From assembly GCA_025060195.1 (NCBI GenBank), contig JANXCQ010000001.1, forward strand, positions 14,664 through 78,663: a stretch of 64,000 nucleotides of DNA. Reading direction: 5' to 3'. Each line of letters opens with the position of its first letter. Positions within the stretch are counted from its first letter, which is position 1. The notes under the pieces are model-generated. The model was not told the DNA's origin. It made no database searches and worked only from the letters and a program-made list of their open reading frames with translations. Shown here piece after piece: positions 11,501 to 21,184 of the stretch. Source of the DNA: Gemmatales bacterium (GTDB lineage: Bacteria; Planctomycetota; Planctomycetia; Gemmatales; HRBIN36). A program made the translations under genes and the position numbers.

Positions 11501-11972
11501 GCATCTCACGGGCATGCAACTGCAAGGACTTTTGATTCCCGCCGCCTGCCGTACCAATCTAGGTTTGAAACACTACCTGGCGGCTATCAAACCGCCCTCT
11601 GATCTGGACCTGACCGATTGGGATATCAGCGACGCGGGATTAGTAGAGTTGCGCCAACTCAAGGACCTTACACACCTTAGGCTCAAAAACACCCGAATCA
11701 CTGACGAAGGACTTGAGCACTTGGCCGAGTTGAAGCATCTATCTCTCCTCGATTTGTCGCGGACGCAGATCACAGATGCAGGAATAAAGCACCTAATCAA
11801 ATTGCCGAGACTGACGCACCTCGATATTTCTTTTACACGGGTTACTGACACTGGCTTGCGAGAACTGGCCCAGCTAAAAAAGCTGACCACACTCGGTTTG
11901 CTCGAAACGCGTGTAACGCATCAAGGTGTGGAACATTTCAAGAAGGCTCTGCCTTATTGTTACATCCACTAA
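8520..11972 (+). CDS. Large secreted leucine-rich repeat protein (about 40 repeats of ~24 aa)
   Basis: Repeating L..L.L..T.(I/V)TD.GL..L..L after a hydrophobic N-terminal segment. GGAGG RBS. Confidence 0.9.
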   Translation: MDRIRPASVLMSAFGKGCGKVLALAWALLLTSGQASAPLNAALPPVKEILGADVVEAWERAGTYAGYLYKVDSSSLLFFSDDVPDWAEATAIPAFHVEQCKPSRLQNLPAPNKPFGLSLYGRGITDAALQEIIRFQELVALALSNTEVSNEGIKLLTALPRLTALDLTGTKIKDEALKELPKLPRLAELDLFGTQVTVEGLKALAGRKLRRLIVPIQCKNDVALKHYLAALQPMSELDLSGWNIDDESLQALSGLTQLRALNLSSTRVKGTGLMHLVSLKQLNKLDLSRTPLVDVGLKHVAQLTDLRELNLGMTNITDLGLRELKALKRMTSLYLFSTAVTDLGLSELTALSQLTSLNLASTRITDAGLRDLAKLRQLQLLDLSFTAITDGGLAAITTLPHLTSLNLKGTAISDQGLKQLAQLPRLTSLDLSATVITNAGLRHLRALNQLRWLTLNDTAVGDEGLREIALLPQLRGLALDKTLISDAGLMHLAGRKLHWLHIPHRCRTDTGLKHYLAAIEPPQYLYLRHWEVTPRGLQALSGLKLRFLFLPEKCQTNLGLRYYLSAIEPRRKLDLSSWQLTDLGVLELVGQKQLEELNLAYTRITDEGLKFLAQLDRLRALNLHGTLVSERGVSALTALRHLSRLDLGATSVDDNAMKSLAQLKHLTELNLSDTYVTDAGVRELSALTHLAVLNLASCYITDDGLRELARWKRLSELDLSDTMVTDAGLQALTGMSLRSLNIPEKARTDLGLKHYLAAIKPPLELNLSGWHISDAGLRALAGQQQLRRLNLFATPITDVGLKELAPLKHLRELNLQRTAVTDAGLKALAGMKLERLDIPEEAFTDLGLKHYLQAVEPPESLNLYDWHITDAGLQELANQQQLTSLVLSKTRISDAGLKALVGLKNLSSLDLRETGVSNEGLKALSKLQQLEVLKLSSTLVSDAGMKHLAELRQLVQLELNNTAIGDAGLQELAKLKQLRCLELWDTNVTDAGLKHLTGMQLQGLLIPAACRTNLGLKHYLAAIKPPSDLDLTDWDISDAGLVELRQLKDLTHLRLKNTRITDEGLEHLAELKHLSLLDLSRTQITDAGIKHLIKLPRLTHLDISFTRVTDTGLRELAQLKKLTTLGLLETRVTHQGVEHFKKALPYCYIH

Positions 11973-12179
11973 TCAGGCAGCCAAACGTGGCGCATGCTAC
12001 GAGGTCTCGCAGGCTTGGAGGTGGGGCCGTAGATATCTGCAAACGACGACTCGCCACTTGCGGGGAATCCAGCGCGGTCCTACGAGTCCACTGGCGGACT
12101 TGGGTAAGTTCCTGTCCCGGAGATGTTTCTCTAGCATGTTTTGGACAGGTAAAGTAGAATGCAACATGGAGGTATATCT

Positions 12180-13820
12180 ATGCGTCCCACTGTGATTGAT
12201 GCGGCGGCCAAGGTCCCACCTTCGTGTAATCGGTCGCGATTGCTCTTGTTGGCCATGTCGGTAGTAGGTATGGCACTGATCGGGTTAGAGCTCGCGTCCC
12301 AAGGCCCGACGTGGGCCAAGCCGTTACCCGGCGATCCCGATGCTGATGACGAACCGACCTCGCAGCTTGGCGACGACATACGTTTGTATGCCGAGGTAGT
12401 GGCGCAAACTGCTGAAATGATTAGTTTGCGGTACTATCGCGAGGTTTCGGCGCCGCAATTGTTGGCAGCCGCTCTGACCGCATTAGCCGATGCCGCGGGC
12501 AAGAAAGTTCCCGAAAGCTGGCGGAACAATCCGGACAAGTGGTTTGCCGATCTTGAGCCCCGTTTGGCCTTAGTGCAATATCGCAAACAGATGGGAAGCC
12601 GTTGGGCGGTACGCGGAAGGGACATTGAAATAAGCTTACGCGGCATGTTCCAGGTGCTCGACCCGCATACGGGTTTCATCAGCACCCAGGATCGAAAGAG
12701 GATGTATCAATTGGAAGGCAATACCTTAGGCGTAGGCATCACCTTAGTCGAACGTATGGGCAAGGGCCCTTTGGTGATTGCTGAGGTCGATTTGGGCAGC
12801 CCTGCGCATTGGGCAGGGATTCTTCCAGGAGATCGCTTGTGGGCGATCAACAGCCGAAGCGTTGAGGATCTGCCGACGGTCGAGGTCGAGAGCCAGCTTC
12901 AGAATCTTATGGGTCAACTGGGACAAAAAGTAAGTTTAACCATCGAATCCGCGCAAACGGGTCGCCGAAGGGAAATGGAACTTGTTTCCGAGCCTTACGA
13001 AATTGAGACCGTATTAGGCTTTACTCGGAAGGACTCCCGACAGTGGTCGTACTGGCTCGATTCTGAGGCCAAGATTGGTTATGTTCGTGTTCTGGAAATA
13101 CAAGCACGCACTTCCGACCGCTTGGAAGCAGCCCTGCGCGACTTGACAAACCAAGGAATGCGCGGATTAATTTTGGATTTACGCGATTGCACTGGCGGCG
13201 TCCTCAATGCCGCGGTGCGTATAGCTGACTTACTTCTGGGCGAGGGCCCCATTTGCACGGTGAGATACCGCGAAGCCGCTGCCTTGGGAGTCGGCAATAG
13301 ACCCGGGAGTTTGGAACAGAGCTACACCAGTGCAAAAGAAGGCAGCTTCCTCGGTTTTCCCCTGTGGGTGCTTATTGGACCGGAAACCCGTGGGGGCGGA
13401 GAGCTGATCGCGGCAGCGTTGCAGGATAATCGTCGAGCGGTCTTAGTGGGGCAGCGGACCTACGGCAAAGCCACGGTGCAGCAAAGCATGCCGTTGATGC
13501 TTCCTGTCGGCGGCCACACGGAAATTAAGATTTCGGTGGGCATTTTCGTCAGACCCAGTGGCAAGAACATGCAACGTTTTTGGGGTCATCAGCAGCCCGA
13601 GGAGTGGGGCGTCTCCCCTGACCGCGGATATGAAATGCCGTTATCATCCTCGTTACAAGAAAGGCTCCGCGAATGGCGTAGGCAACGGGACCTATTAAGC
13701 GGTCTCAATAACCAAGTTCATCCCCTGGACAATCCTAAGGCGGACCCAGTATTGTGGTTCGCTCTCCAATCCCTCATGAAACAACTCGCCCAACAGGCCG
13801 CTCACAAAACACGCTCTTAG
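12180..13820 (+). CDS. S41 family C-terminal processing protease homologue with PDZ domain, catalytic Ser apparently absent
   Basis: LDPHT, PDZ (GSPAHWAGILPGD), GLILDLRD.TGG, ELIAAALQDNRRA and TYGKATVQ. GGAGG precedes ATG 12180. Confidence 0.85.
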   Translation: MRPTVIDAAAKVPPSCNRSRLLLLAMSVVGMALIGLELASQGPTWAKPLPGDPDADDEPTSQLGDDIRLYAEVVAQTAEMISLRYYREVSAPQLLAAALTALADAAGKKVPESWRNNPDKWFADLEPRLALVQYRKQMGSRWAVRGRDIEISLRGMFQVLDPHTGFISTQDRKRMYQLEGNTLGVGITLVERMGKGPLVIAEVDLGSPAHWAGILPGDRLWAINSRSVEDLPTVEVESQLQNLMGQLGQKVSLTIESAQTGRRREMELVSEPYEIETVLGFTRKDSRQWSYWLDSEAKIGYVRVLEIQARTSDRLEAALRDLTNQGMRGLILDLRDCTGGVLNAAVRIADLLLGEGPICTVRYREAAALGVGNRPGSLEQSYTSAKEGSFLGFPLWVLIGPETRGGGELIAAALQDNRRAVLVGQRTYGKATVQQSMPLMLPVGGHTEIKISVGIFVRPSGKNMQRFWGHQQPEEWGVSPDRGYEMPLSSSLQERLREWRRQRDLLSGLNNQVHPLDNPKADPVLWFALQSLMKQLAQQAAHKTRS

Positions 13821-13822
13821 CT

Positions 13823-14656
13823 TCATTCGGACTCGACACGAACCCCTAGTTTCCGCAATTCCGCAATTTGCTGCTTAGCTTGAGGGCCTAGGGGATTTCC
13901 TGCCAAATAGACGCGAAGGAAGGGTACGAAATGTCGTGGGCCCGCAGCATCGCGGCGACTAGCCTCTAACAAGGCACTTAGGTCAGTAATGCGATTTCGT
14001 TCTACGATGAGTAGTCGTAACTCCGGGAGTCCTGCCACTGGGCTTAGATCGCTAATTTGGTTATCGCTCGCGTTGAGTGTGTTGAGTCTGGTCAACTTAG
14101 CCAAAGGACTTATGTCGCTGATTTGGTTCTTGCTGATATCCAGCGAGACCAGCTTCGATAAATGAGCCAAGGGTTTCAAATCGCGGATTTGGTTATTCGC
14201 CAAATACAACGCCGATAGAGCACTCACGTGTGATAGCGGAGTAAGGTCAGAAATTTGATTCCCAGAAGCGTCAAGATACTGCAATTGAACCAACTTGGCC
14301 AACGGGCCCAGGTCGCGTAACCGATTATGCGCCACGTTTAGAGATTGTAGCTTCGATAGCCCCGCTAAAGGCGCTAAGTTCTCGATCTGGTTGTTTTCCA
14401 GGTTGAGTAAGCTGAGATTGCGACATTTCTCTAACCCCGTCAGCTTGGCGATCTTGCTATTTTTAGCCTCTAAGATGTGCACATTAGCCAAGTGGGATTC
14501 CGTTATGTCTCCTTTTACTTCAGGTAAAACTCGACGTAAGGCAGCCTCCAGTTGTTTATCAGGGATCAGCTGACTCTGTAACGCCCAAGCGGTAAGGCAA
14601 CTAAGCCAAAAAGCTAAAAGAACAACATACTTGCCGGTCCTAATGTTGCTCGGCAT
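13823..14656 (-). CDS. Secreted internalin-like leucine-rich repeat protein
   Basis: Signal peptide, cap IPDKQLEAALR and 22-aa repeats L..L....NQI.DL.PL..L. AGGAGG RBS. Confidence 0.88.
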   Translation of the reverse strand: MPSNIRTGKYVVLLAFWLSCLTAWALQSQLIPDKQLEAALRRVLPEVKGDITESHLANVHILEAKNSKIAKLTGLEKCRNLSLLNLENNQIENLAPLAGLSKLQSLNVAHNRLRDLGPLAKLVQLQYLDASGNQISDLTPLSHVSALSALYLANNQIRDLKPLAHLSKLVSLDISKNQISDISPLAKLTRLNTLNASDNQISDLSPVAGLPELRLLIVERNRITDLSALLEASRRDAAGPRHFVPFLRVYLAGNPLGPQAKQQIAELRKLGVRVESE

Positions 14657-14726
14657 GGTGCATACCTCCTGAGCCCACCCCAGGGATTAGCGAGCCTAGC
14701 AGCGCGGCAAACTCACGGGAGGGGTC

Positions 14727-14966
14727 TTACACTCCCGCCAGTTCTAGCCTTGGAGAGGCGCATTCGGCAGGTTTTGCGCAGGTCTCACCGTCGGCCGCAG
14801 TCGGTAATCGGGGCTCGCGCGTCAATAACTCCGCACGGACAATGGCCACGCTATCCGGTGCCTGTATCCCAATCTTGGCCTGCCTGCCACGGACTTCGAG
14901 AACAGTTACAATGACCTTATCACCTACGATAATTTGCTCGCCGACTTTACGCGTCACCACCAGCAT
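14727..14966 (-). CDS. csrA: Carbon storage regulator CsrA
   Basis: MLVVTRKVGEQIIVGDKVIVTVLEVRGRQAKIGIQAP...VR.E. GGAGG lies 7 nt upstream of ATG 14966. Confidence 0.92.
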   Translation of the reverse strand: MLVVTRKVGEQIIVGDKVIVTVLEVRGRQAKIGIQAPDSVAIVRAELLTREPRLPTAADGETCAKPAECASPRLELAGV

Positions 14967-15252
14967 ATCCATCCCTCCCTGGATTATAAACAGCCAAACA
15001 ACCACATTGAAGCAAAAATTATTCCCAACCAGCGGTAGCTGCCTGCTTACAGCTATAGTGTACATACTAGGTTCCGTCTGTGACAGCACTTAGGTTCGTT
15101 TTTGAAGATACTTGGGATTCCGTTGGCATCGGTTATACTCGCAAAATAAGGCGCAATTTTGGCACATTGGCTGCGTTTCTTTCGACCCACGATGCATATA
15201 AATGGATAAAGGGACACAATCTTGGCCAAACCTGCATGACAGGGGGTGGCAC

Positions 15253-17631
15253 ATGTCGCGACGAGTGTTGGCCGGCCTGACAGCGCTTGCGCTTGCTGCG
15301 TTGTTACCTCCTTTGGGAATGTGTGAGTACGTCTTTCTCAAGGACGGAACCGTGTTACGCGGGCGCGTCTTGCGCGAGGGGCAAATCCACCGCGATCCCG
15401 CTTCGGGGAACGTAGTGTGGCTGGCAGATACGCAAGGTTTTTATATGGTTGCCGATGGGGGACGTCGCATCGCCTTTAGCCACAAGAATGTCCACTTAGC
15501 GCTTTCCGACCCGGTCCAGCAACAAAGTCAGACTCTGCAGACGTTTACCATGCCTCGTCAACTGAACGTGTTCAACGTATCGCCGACGCTGAACCGTGTG
15601 CCCAACTTCACTGATGTTGGACCGTGGATAGTCAGTGATCGGCCTCAAATAAATGGTAGCCGATTGCTTAAGGGGGATTTTTTGCCTGGCCTAACCCAGC
15701 GGGTGCAATATATCACGCTGGTCAGCCCGGAGGTCATCCTGGCGTCGGCCGCAGAAATCCGTTGGACGGCCGCTTATCGGCCTGACGAGTTTGAGCGTAG
15801 CACGCTGTTATCCATTTTGCGGAATCACTTACAGAGCCGCAAGCCTCCAGTTTCCCCTTGGGATCAGGGCCTAAGCCTATTCCGGTTTTGTTTGCAGACC
15901 GGTTGGCTCGAGGAGGCCGAATCCGAATTGATAAGACTCCGCGATGTGCCTGATGCGAGCACAGAAACGCTCGTGGAGCTTGAACAGCAGCTACGGCGGG
16001 CTCAAGCGGAGCGACTGGCGAATCGCCTCGAGTGGGCCTACGCCAGCGGTCAATACCAGCGAGTCGAAGAGCTACTACGGCAATTTCCCTGGGCTTACGC
16101 TTCGGAAAAAGCTCTGCGCACGGCACGTACGCTGCAGGTTCAGTTGCAAGATCGCCGACGCGATTTGGAAACCACCCATCGGCTCTTGAAGCAACTGCAT
16201 GCGTCCGCTCCCCAAGTGTTCGAGGCTGCCTTGCGCGAGATTACTGAGCATCTCAACTTGGACACCGTTTCGCGCCTGGAGCCATTTCGCTTGTTGGCCC
16301 TGCAAGAGGAGCGGCTTCGTGAGCAAGGAAAACAGTTACAACTCTCCGCTGACCAATTGGTCGCATTAGCAATTACGGGGTGGCTCCTAGGCGACCGGTT
16401 GGCGGAAGCTAATCCCGAACTGGCCCAGCAACTTTGGCGCGAACGGCAAATGATCCGAGAAATTCTGGTTCAAGATCATCCGCGGGAGCGGCTGGTTCTG
16501 ATGGAAAAATTACGCCAAGCCCGCTCGCAGGATGTAGATCTATTGGTGCAGATGTTGCGTTATCTGCCGCCGCCCCGGGCGGAAAAATCGCCGCCTGCTA
16601 AACTGGTCGGCCAAACTACTTTGTGTTCCGAAAAGCATAAATACTTCGTGCAAGTGCCGGCCGAGTATCATCCTCACCGCCGTTACCCCACGTTACTTGT
16701 ACTGCCGGATGCCGGTCAGGATGCGCGTTCGGCTGCTGAACCGTGGTTACAGCCTGCTGCGGAGCGAGGGTTTCTGTTGGCAGTCATGCCCTGGGCCGGC
16801 GGAATTCAAAGCACCTATCGCTACACCGCCGCCGAGCAACAACCCGTGTTGGACGTCTTGCGTGATCTTCGTCGGCGCTATGCCGTGGACGTGTCGCGGG
16901 TCTTCCTGTTCGGCTTCGGGGAAGGCGGATCGTTAGCGTTTGATTTAGGCATGTCGCACCCCGACCTGTTCGCGGGTGTGGCCGTTATGAGCGGGCGTCC
17001 AGGTCCGCATCAGGGTACGTATTGGACGAATGCTCAGTACTTGCCTTTTTACGTCGTTGTCGGAGAACTGGATGGGCCGCGTCGCGACGGCAATCCTCCA
17101 GCCAACGAAGGTCCCGCATACTGGCGGGCTCTTTTCCGCCACTGGGTCCAGGCGGGTTTTCCAAGCCTGTACATCGAATATAACGGCCGAGGGCGCGAAT
17201 TCTTCGCGGGGGAAATTGACGATATTTTCCATTGGATGAGTCGCAAAAAACGGCCTGCCACTCCTTTCCAGTTGGGCAATCCACAAATCCTTGGGGATTT
17301 CGGGAATCGCGACTTCGTAGGCATTCGGCCAGAAGAAAATCGCTTCTACTGGGTTAGCTTCGGTAATCCCCCGGGCCATCATCGCTTCGCCGCCCAGGTT
17401 TTCGAAGGGAATCGAATCCAGGTGCGTACTAGTGCCAACCTGCGGCATGTTAGCATTTGGCTCAATAGCGAATTGGTCGATTTCGGCCAAGATATCCGCA
17501 TTCAGTTGCTTGCGCCTCAAAAAGTTTGGCAGGTGCGAGTGCAACCCGACGTCCGTGTGCTGCTAGAAGACTTTTATGAGCGGGGCGACTGCGATCAACT
17601 CTTCGTGGCCCGAGTTGACTTAGAATGGTAA
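15253..17631 (+). CDS. Secreted planctomycete-type protein with helical middle region and C-terminal alpha/beta-hydrolase-fold domain, likely inactive
   Basis: Signal peptide, LKDGTVLRG, YFVQVPAEYHPHRRYP and VDVSRVFLFGFGEGG...HPDLFAGV. Confidence 0.75.
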   Translation: MSRRVLAGLTALALAALLPPLGMCEYVFLKDGTVLRGRVLREGQIHRDPASGNVVWLADTQGFYMVADGGRRIAFSHKNVHLALSDPVQQQSQTLQTFTMPRQLNVFNVSPTLNRVPNFTDVGPWIVSDRPQINGSRLLKGDFLPGLTQRVQYITLVSPEVILASAAEIRWTAAYRPDEFERSTLLSILRNHLQSRKPPVSPWDQGLSLFRFCLQTGWLEEAESELIRLRDVPDASTETLVELEQQLRRAQAERLANRLEWAYASGQYQRVEELLRQFPWAYASEKALRTARTLQVQLQDRRRDLETTHRLLKQLHASAPQVFEAALREITEHLNLDTVSRLEPFRLLALQEERLREQGKQLQLSADQLVALAITGWLLGDRLAEANPELAQQLWRERQMIREILVQDHPRERLVLMEKLRQARSQDVDLLVQMLRYLPPPRAEKSPPAKLVGQTTLCSEKHKYFVQVPAEYHPHRRYPTLLVLPDAGQDARSAAEPWLQPAAERGFLLAVMPWAGGIQSTYRYTAAEQQPVLDVLRDLRRRYAVDVSRVFLFGFGEGGSLAFDLGMSHPDLFAGVAVMSGRPGPHQGTYWTNAQYLPFYVVVGELDGPRRDGNPPANEGPAYWRALFRHWVQAGFPSLYIEYNGRGREFFAGEIDDIFHWMSRKKRPATPFQLGNPQILGDFGNRDFVGIRPEENRFYWVSFGNPPGHHRFAAQVFEGNRIQVRTSANLRHVSIWLNSELVDFGQDIRIQLLAPQKVWQVRVQPDVRVLLEDFYERGDCDQLFVARVDLEW

Positions 17632-17664
17632 GGACGGCCGGTAGCGAACTTCTTTGGTGGCAAA

Positions 17665-18573
17665 ATGTCCATGACCGAGGCTGGGCCCGCTAAGTCTGTT
17701 TCCCAACCTACTTCCGTCCGCGATTCCTGGCCGGGACTGGTGCGTCGTATCTTACTTTACTTTGCCTTACTATACCTCGCCCTTCTAGGGATACTCATGT
17801 TTCTCGAAAACCGGCTAATTTTCCGCCCCACCCGTGCGGACGAAGAGTGGTATGAGCGCACACAATTCCATAAAGAAGATTTATGGTTGGAAACCGAAAC
17901 AGGCGAGCGGATCCACGCTTGGTGGTGTCCTCGACGTGAGCCGAAATGGTATGTACTTTACAGTCATGGCAATGCGGGCAATCTCAGTTGCCGCGACGTG
18001 TTTATTGACGCTTGGCAGAAGCGCGTGGGCGCATCCGTGCTAATCTACGATTATCCTGGCTATGGCCATAGTTCGGGGCGTCCTAACGAAAAAAACTGCT
18101 ATGCGGCAGGGCGGGCTGCTTATCGTTGGCTCCACGAACAAAACTTTCCTGTCGAGCGAATCGTGCTGTTCGGGGAATCGCTCGGCGGAGGCGTGGCCGT
18201 CGAACTGGCCCGGCATGAAGTTCATGCAGCGCTCATTCTCCTGGCCGCGTTTACGTCAATCCCCGACATCGCTCAGGAAATTTTCCCATTCGTTCCCGCC
18301 CGCTGGCTTGTTCGCACTCGGTTCAACAACATCGAAAAAATTCGACACTACACGGGTCCGCTGCTGATCATCCACGGACAAAATGACGAACTCATCCCTC
18401 CGCATCACGCTCAGCGCCTCTTTGAAGCCTGTCCCAGTTCACGTAAGAAACTTCTCTTGGTGCCAGGTCACGACCACAATTCCATCGGTTTTGCGGCGAT
18501 TTACGACGTGATAAGCGAATTTCTCGACACCGTGGCCGCTGTCCCCATTTCTCAGGCTACCGATCCCAAATAA
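17665..18573 (+). CDS. Membrane-anchored alpha/beta hydrolase (ABHD/BEM46-like)
   Basis: N-terminal TM helix, HGNAGN, DYPGYGHS, GESLGG nucleophile elbow, HGQNDELIP and DHN. Confidence 0.88.
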   Translation: MSMTEAGPAKSVSQPTSVRDSWPGLVRRILLYFALLYLALLGILMFLENRLIFRPTRADEEWYERTQFHKEDLWLETETGERIHAWWCPRREPKWYVLYSHGNAGNLSCRDVFIDAWQKRVGASVLIYDYPGYGHSSGRPNEKNCYAAGRAAYRWLHEQNFPVERIVLFGESLGGGVAVELARHEVHAALILLAAFTSIPDIAQEIFPFVPARWLVRTRFNNIEKIRHYTGPLLIIHGQNDELIPPHHAQRLFEACPSSRKKLLLVPGHDHNSIGFAAIYDVISEFLDTVAAVPISQATDPK

Positions 18574-18622
18574 CCCATCTCAAACACGAGGAAGCCATCC
18601 TCTCGCTACAAGGAGACCATGT

Positions 18623-19858
18623 ATGGATGCGGCTAAGCGAGAAAAGCTCCTCCGCGATGTGGAGGCGTTTTGTGAGGAAATCCGGCCCATCGAGGAGCTT
18701 TGTTATCTTGAACGCCGATTCAATGAGCAACTCATTCCACTAGCGAAAAAATATAACCTCCTCGGAATACCTGTGCCTGAAGAATATGGTGGGCGTGGGG
18801 CGGATGCTGTTACCTATGCTCAGGCAATTGCTCGCATTAACCGCGAAGGTACGGGCGTCCGCACTTTCTTTTCTGGTCACACTTCCATAGGCCAACTTCC
18901 TGTTGTATACTTCGGTACGCGTGAGCAGAAAGAACGTTTCCTGCCGGCCTCTTGCCGTGGGGAGAAAATCTTCGCCTTCGCCTTGACCGAACCTGATGCT
19001 GGGAGCAACCCTCTGGAAATGTCGAGTACCTGGCGCCGCGAGGGCGAGCACTACGTTCTCAACGGCGTGAAATATCTCATCTCGAATGGAGGTATTGCCA
19101 ACGTATTGGTCACTTTTGCCTATCCGGAATCTGTTCTAAATCACCCGGCCGAGGCGGGCCGTAGTCCGGGGCGAATTAGTGCTTTCCTAGTGGAAACGGA
19201 CGGGCCGGGAATCAGTCGGGAAGAATTGCCTGCGAAGATGGGCATGCCGACCTGTAGTACGGCAATGTTAGAATTCCGCGATGTGCGTGTGCCGGCTCAT
19301 AATCTCTTAGGAAAAGAGGGTGACGGTTTTCGCATCGCAATGACCACCCTGGTCAGTGGGCGATTGAGCGTGGCCGCGGGATGTTTAGGGGTCATCGAGG
19401 ATTGCTTAGCCGAGTGCCTGCGTTATGCTCAGGAGCGTGAGCAACACGGCAAACTCATCGGCAAACATCAACTCGTCCAGCAACACTTGGCCTGGATGGA
19501 AACCTATCGTGCTGCAGTCGAGGCACTAGTCTTGCGCGCTGCCGAGGCTAAGCACCGTTGGGACATAGCACAACAACGCGCGGAGGCTGGCTCAGAAGAT
19601 AGTGGACAAATAGCCACTTTATATAAAGAGGCAGATCGCTTGGTCGCCGTAGCCAAATTCTTCGCTTCTCAGGCGGCCTGGGAAGTAGCCGATCGAGCTG
19701 TCCAAGTTTTCGGCGGCCGCGGCTGGTCAACTCTGTTTCGTCCGGGGCGTCATCTGCTCGATGTTCGCGTCTGCCGCATTTATGAGGGCACTGACGAAAT
19801 CCTGCAACTAAAAATCGCCTCCGCTCTCTTAGGCAAGGAATTTGAGGCCTACCGTTAG
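18623..19858 (+). CDS. Acyl-CoA dehydrogenase
   Basis: FALTEPDAGS, LNGVKYLISNG, AVQVFGG.G and RIYEGTDEI. AAGGAG RBS. Confidence 0.92.
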   Translation: MDAAKREKLLRDVEAFCEEIRPIEELCYLERRFNEQLIPLAKKYNLLGIPVPEEYGGRGADAVTYAQAIARINREGTGVRTFFSGHTSIGQLPVVYFGTREQKERFLPASCRGEKIFAFALTEPDAGSNPLEMSSTWRREGEHYVLNGVKYLISNGGIANVLVTFAYPESVLNHPAEAGRSPGRISAFLVETDGPGISREELPAKMGMPTCSTAMLEFRDVRVPAHNLLGKEGDGFRIAMTTLVSGRLSVAAGCLGVIEDCLAECLRYAQEREQHGKLIGKHQLVQQHLAWMETYRAAVEALVLRAAEAKHRWDIAQQRAEAGSEDSGQIATLYKEADRLVAVAKFFASQAAWEVADRAVQVFGGRGWSTLFRPGRHLLDVRVCRIYEGTDEILQLKIASALLGKEFEAYR

Positions 19859-19912
19859 TCGACCCACGTACCCTTGTGTCTCGAGGCTGCATTCGACGTC
19901 TAGCTGAACGAT

Positions 19913-21184
19913 TTACTTAGCCGTGCGGTTCCAGTAAATACGCACATTGCCGGTAAACCGTCCCACAGCCACGATGTCGAATCTGCGGTCGCCATCTAAG
20001 TCGTCTACAGCTAAATCTTCGCAGGCCACGCCGCCATCTTCTATAACAGTTCTCTGCCAATGGTGGCCTTGGTCATCTAAGCATTGATAAATCCGCACGC
20101 CAGGCCCTAGTTGTTCGCTGAAACGGTCGCGCACGCCTAGGATCACCTCATCGCTGCCGTCGTTATCTAAGTCGGCACACCACACGGCGTGTCCCCAACG
20201 TAATTCTTCATCCAGAACACGGCGATGCCATAGCTCGGCCCCGTCCTTCGCTGGTGGTATGTAAACAACCAGTTGATGACCATGCCAAGGTTCGACCGTG
20301 GCAAGGTAAAGGCGTCCATTTCCCAGTTGCCCTAGCCTCACTTCACTGGCGCCTCGATTGCCTCGCGGATTCTCTTGATTACCGACACCCAGCAAGACAC
20401 TTTTCCATCGGCCTGGCGAGGGACAAGTGAGCCAGCTAACACCTTCATAGCTGGCTACTAAGATGTCTTGACGCCCGTCGCGGTCTAAGTCGGCAAGGTG
20501 GAAGTTGTGCGCTACGTGGAGGGAGGCGTTGATAGTTTCGGGTAGCCACCGCTGGCGTTTGGGCTCTGCAGGTATGCGGTACGCAGTAATCCGCACTGGA
20601 GCATCCATCCAGTTTTTCTCTCGAGTGGCATGCTTGCCCAGGAGGGGCACACTCACCAGCTGAGGTTTACCTTCCCCGAGAACATCGCCAAAACGAATGC
20701 GGTGAATGCTTGGCTCCGCATCGATGGGATAAAGTTCGAACGGCTGATAGGGGGATTCGGTTTGCCGTAACCATTGCAAGGTGCCGTCGCTGCGTGTGTC
20801 GAACGGTCGCCAACCTGCCCCGAGGGCGAAATCCAGCCGACCATCGCGGTCTATATCGTGGGCCGCGATGCAAACATTATCTGGCTTCGTCTGTCCTTTC
20901 AAAATGTAGTGCATTTGCCAAGTGGGGTTTTCGAACCAGATGACGCGTTGCGTATCCACAACTACGATGTCTATTCGGCGATCGGCATTGACGTCAGCCA
21001 ATAAGACTGCATAGCCCACTTTCAATGACCGATCAATCTCCTGGACGTGAAAACGCCACGGTCGCGGCGTCCCTTGTATAGTGGTTTTTTGTTCACTAAA
21101 ACAGAGACCTCCTAAGGCTAAAGGGATCGCAAAGCTTATGATTAAACCTCGGCTCATGCCATTTCTAGCGTAGCGGTGTTTCAT
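19913..21184 (-). CDS. Secreted FG-GAP/VCBS beta-propeller protein resembling the aldos-2-ulose dehydratase propeller domain
   Basis: Repeated D(L/V/I)D.DG..D motifs plus His-rich motifs HRIR, HNF, EPWHGHQLVVY and GHAVWCAD. ATGA overlap with the upstream gene. Confidence 0.75.
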   Translation of the reverse strand: MKHRYARNGMSRGLIISFAIPLALGGLCFSEQKTTIQGTPRPWRFHVQEIDRSLKVGYAVLLADVNADRRIDIVVVDTQRVIWFENPTWQMHYILKGQTKPDNVCIAAHDIDRDGRLDFALGAGWRPFDTRSDGTLQWLRQTESPYQPFELYPIDAEPSIHRIRFGDVLGEGKPQLVSVPLLGKHATREKNWMDAPVRITAYRIPAEPKRQRWLPETINASLHVAHNFHLADLDRDGRQDILVASYEGVSWLTCPSPGRWKSVLLGVGNQENPRGNRGASEVRLGQLGNGRLYLATVEPWHGHQLVVYIPPAKDGAELWHRRVLDEELRWGHAVWCADLDNDGSDEVILGVRDRFSEQLGPGVRIYQCLDDQGHHWQRTVIEDGGVACEDLAVDDLDGDRRFDIVAVGRFTGNVRIYWNRTAK

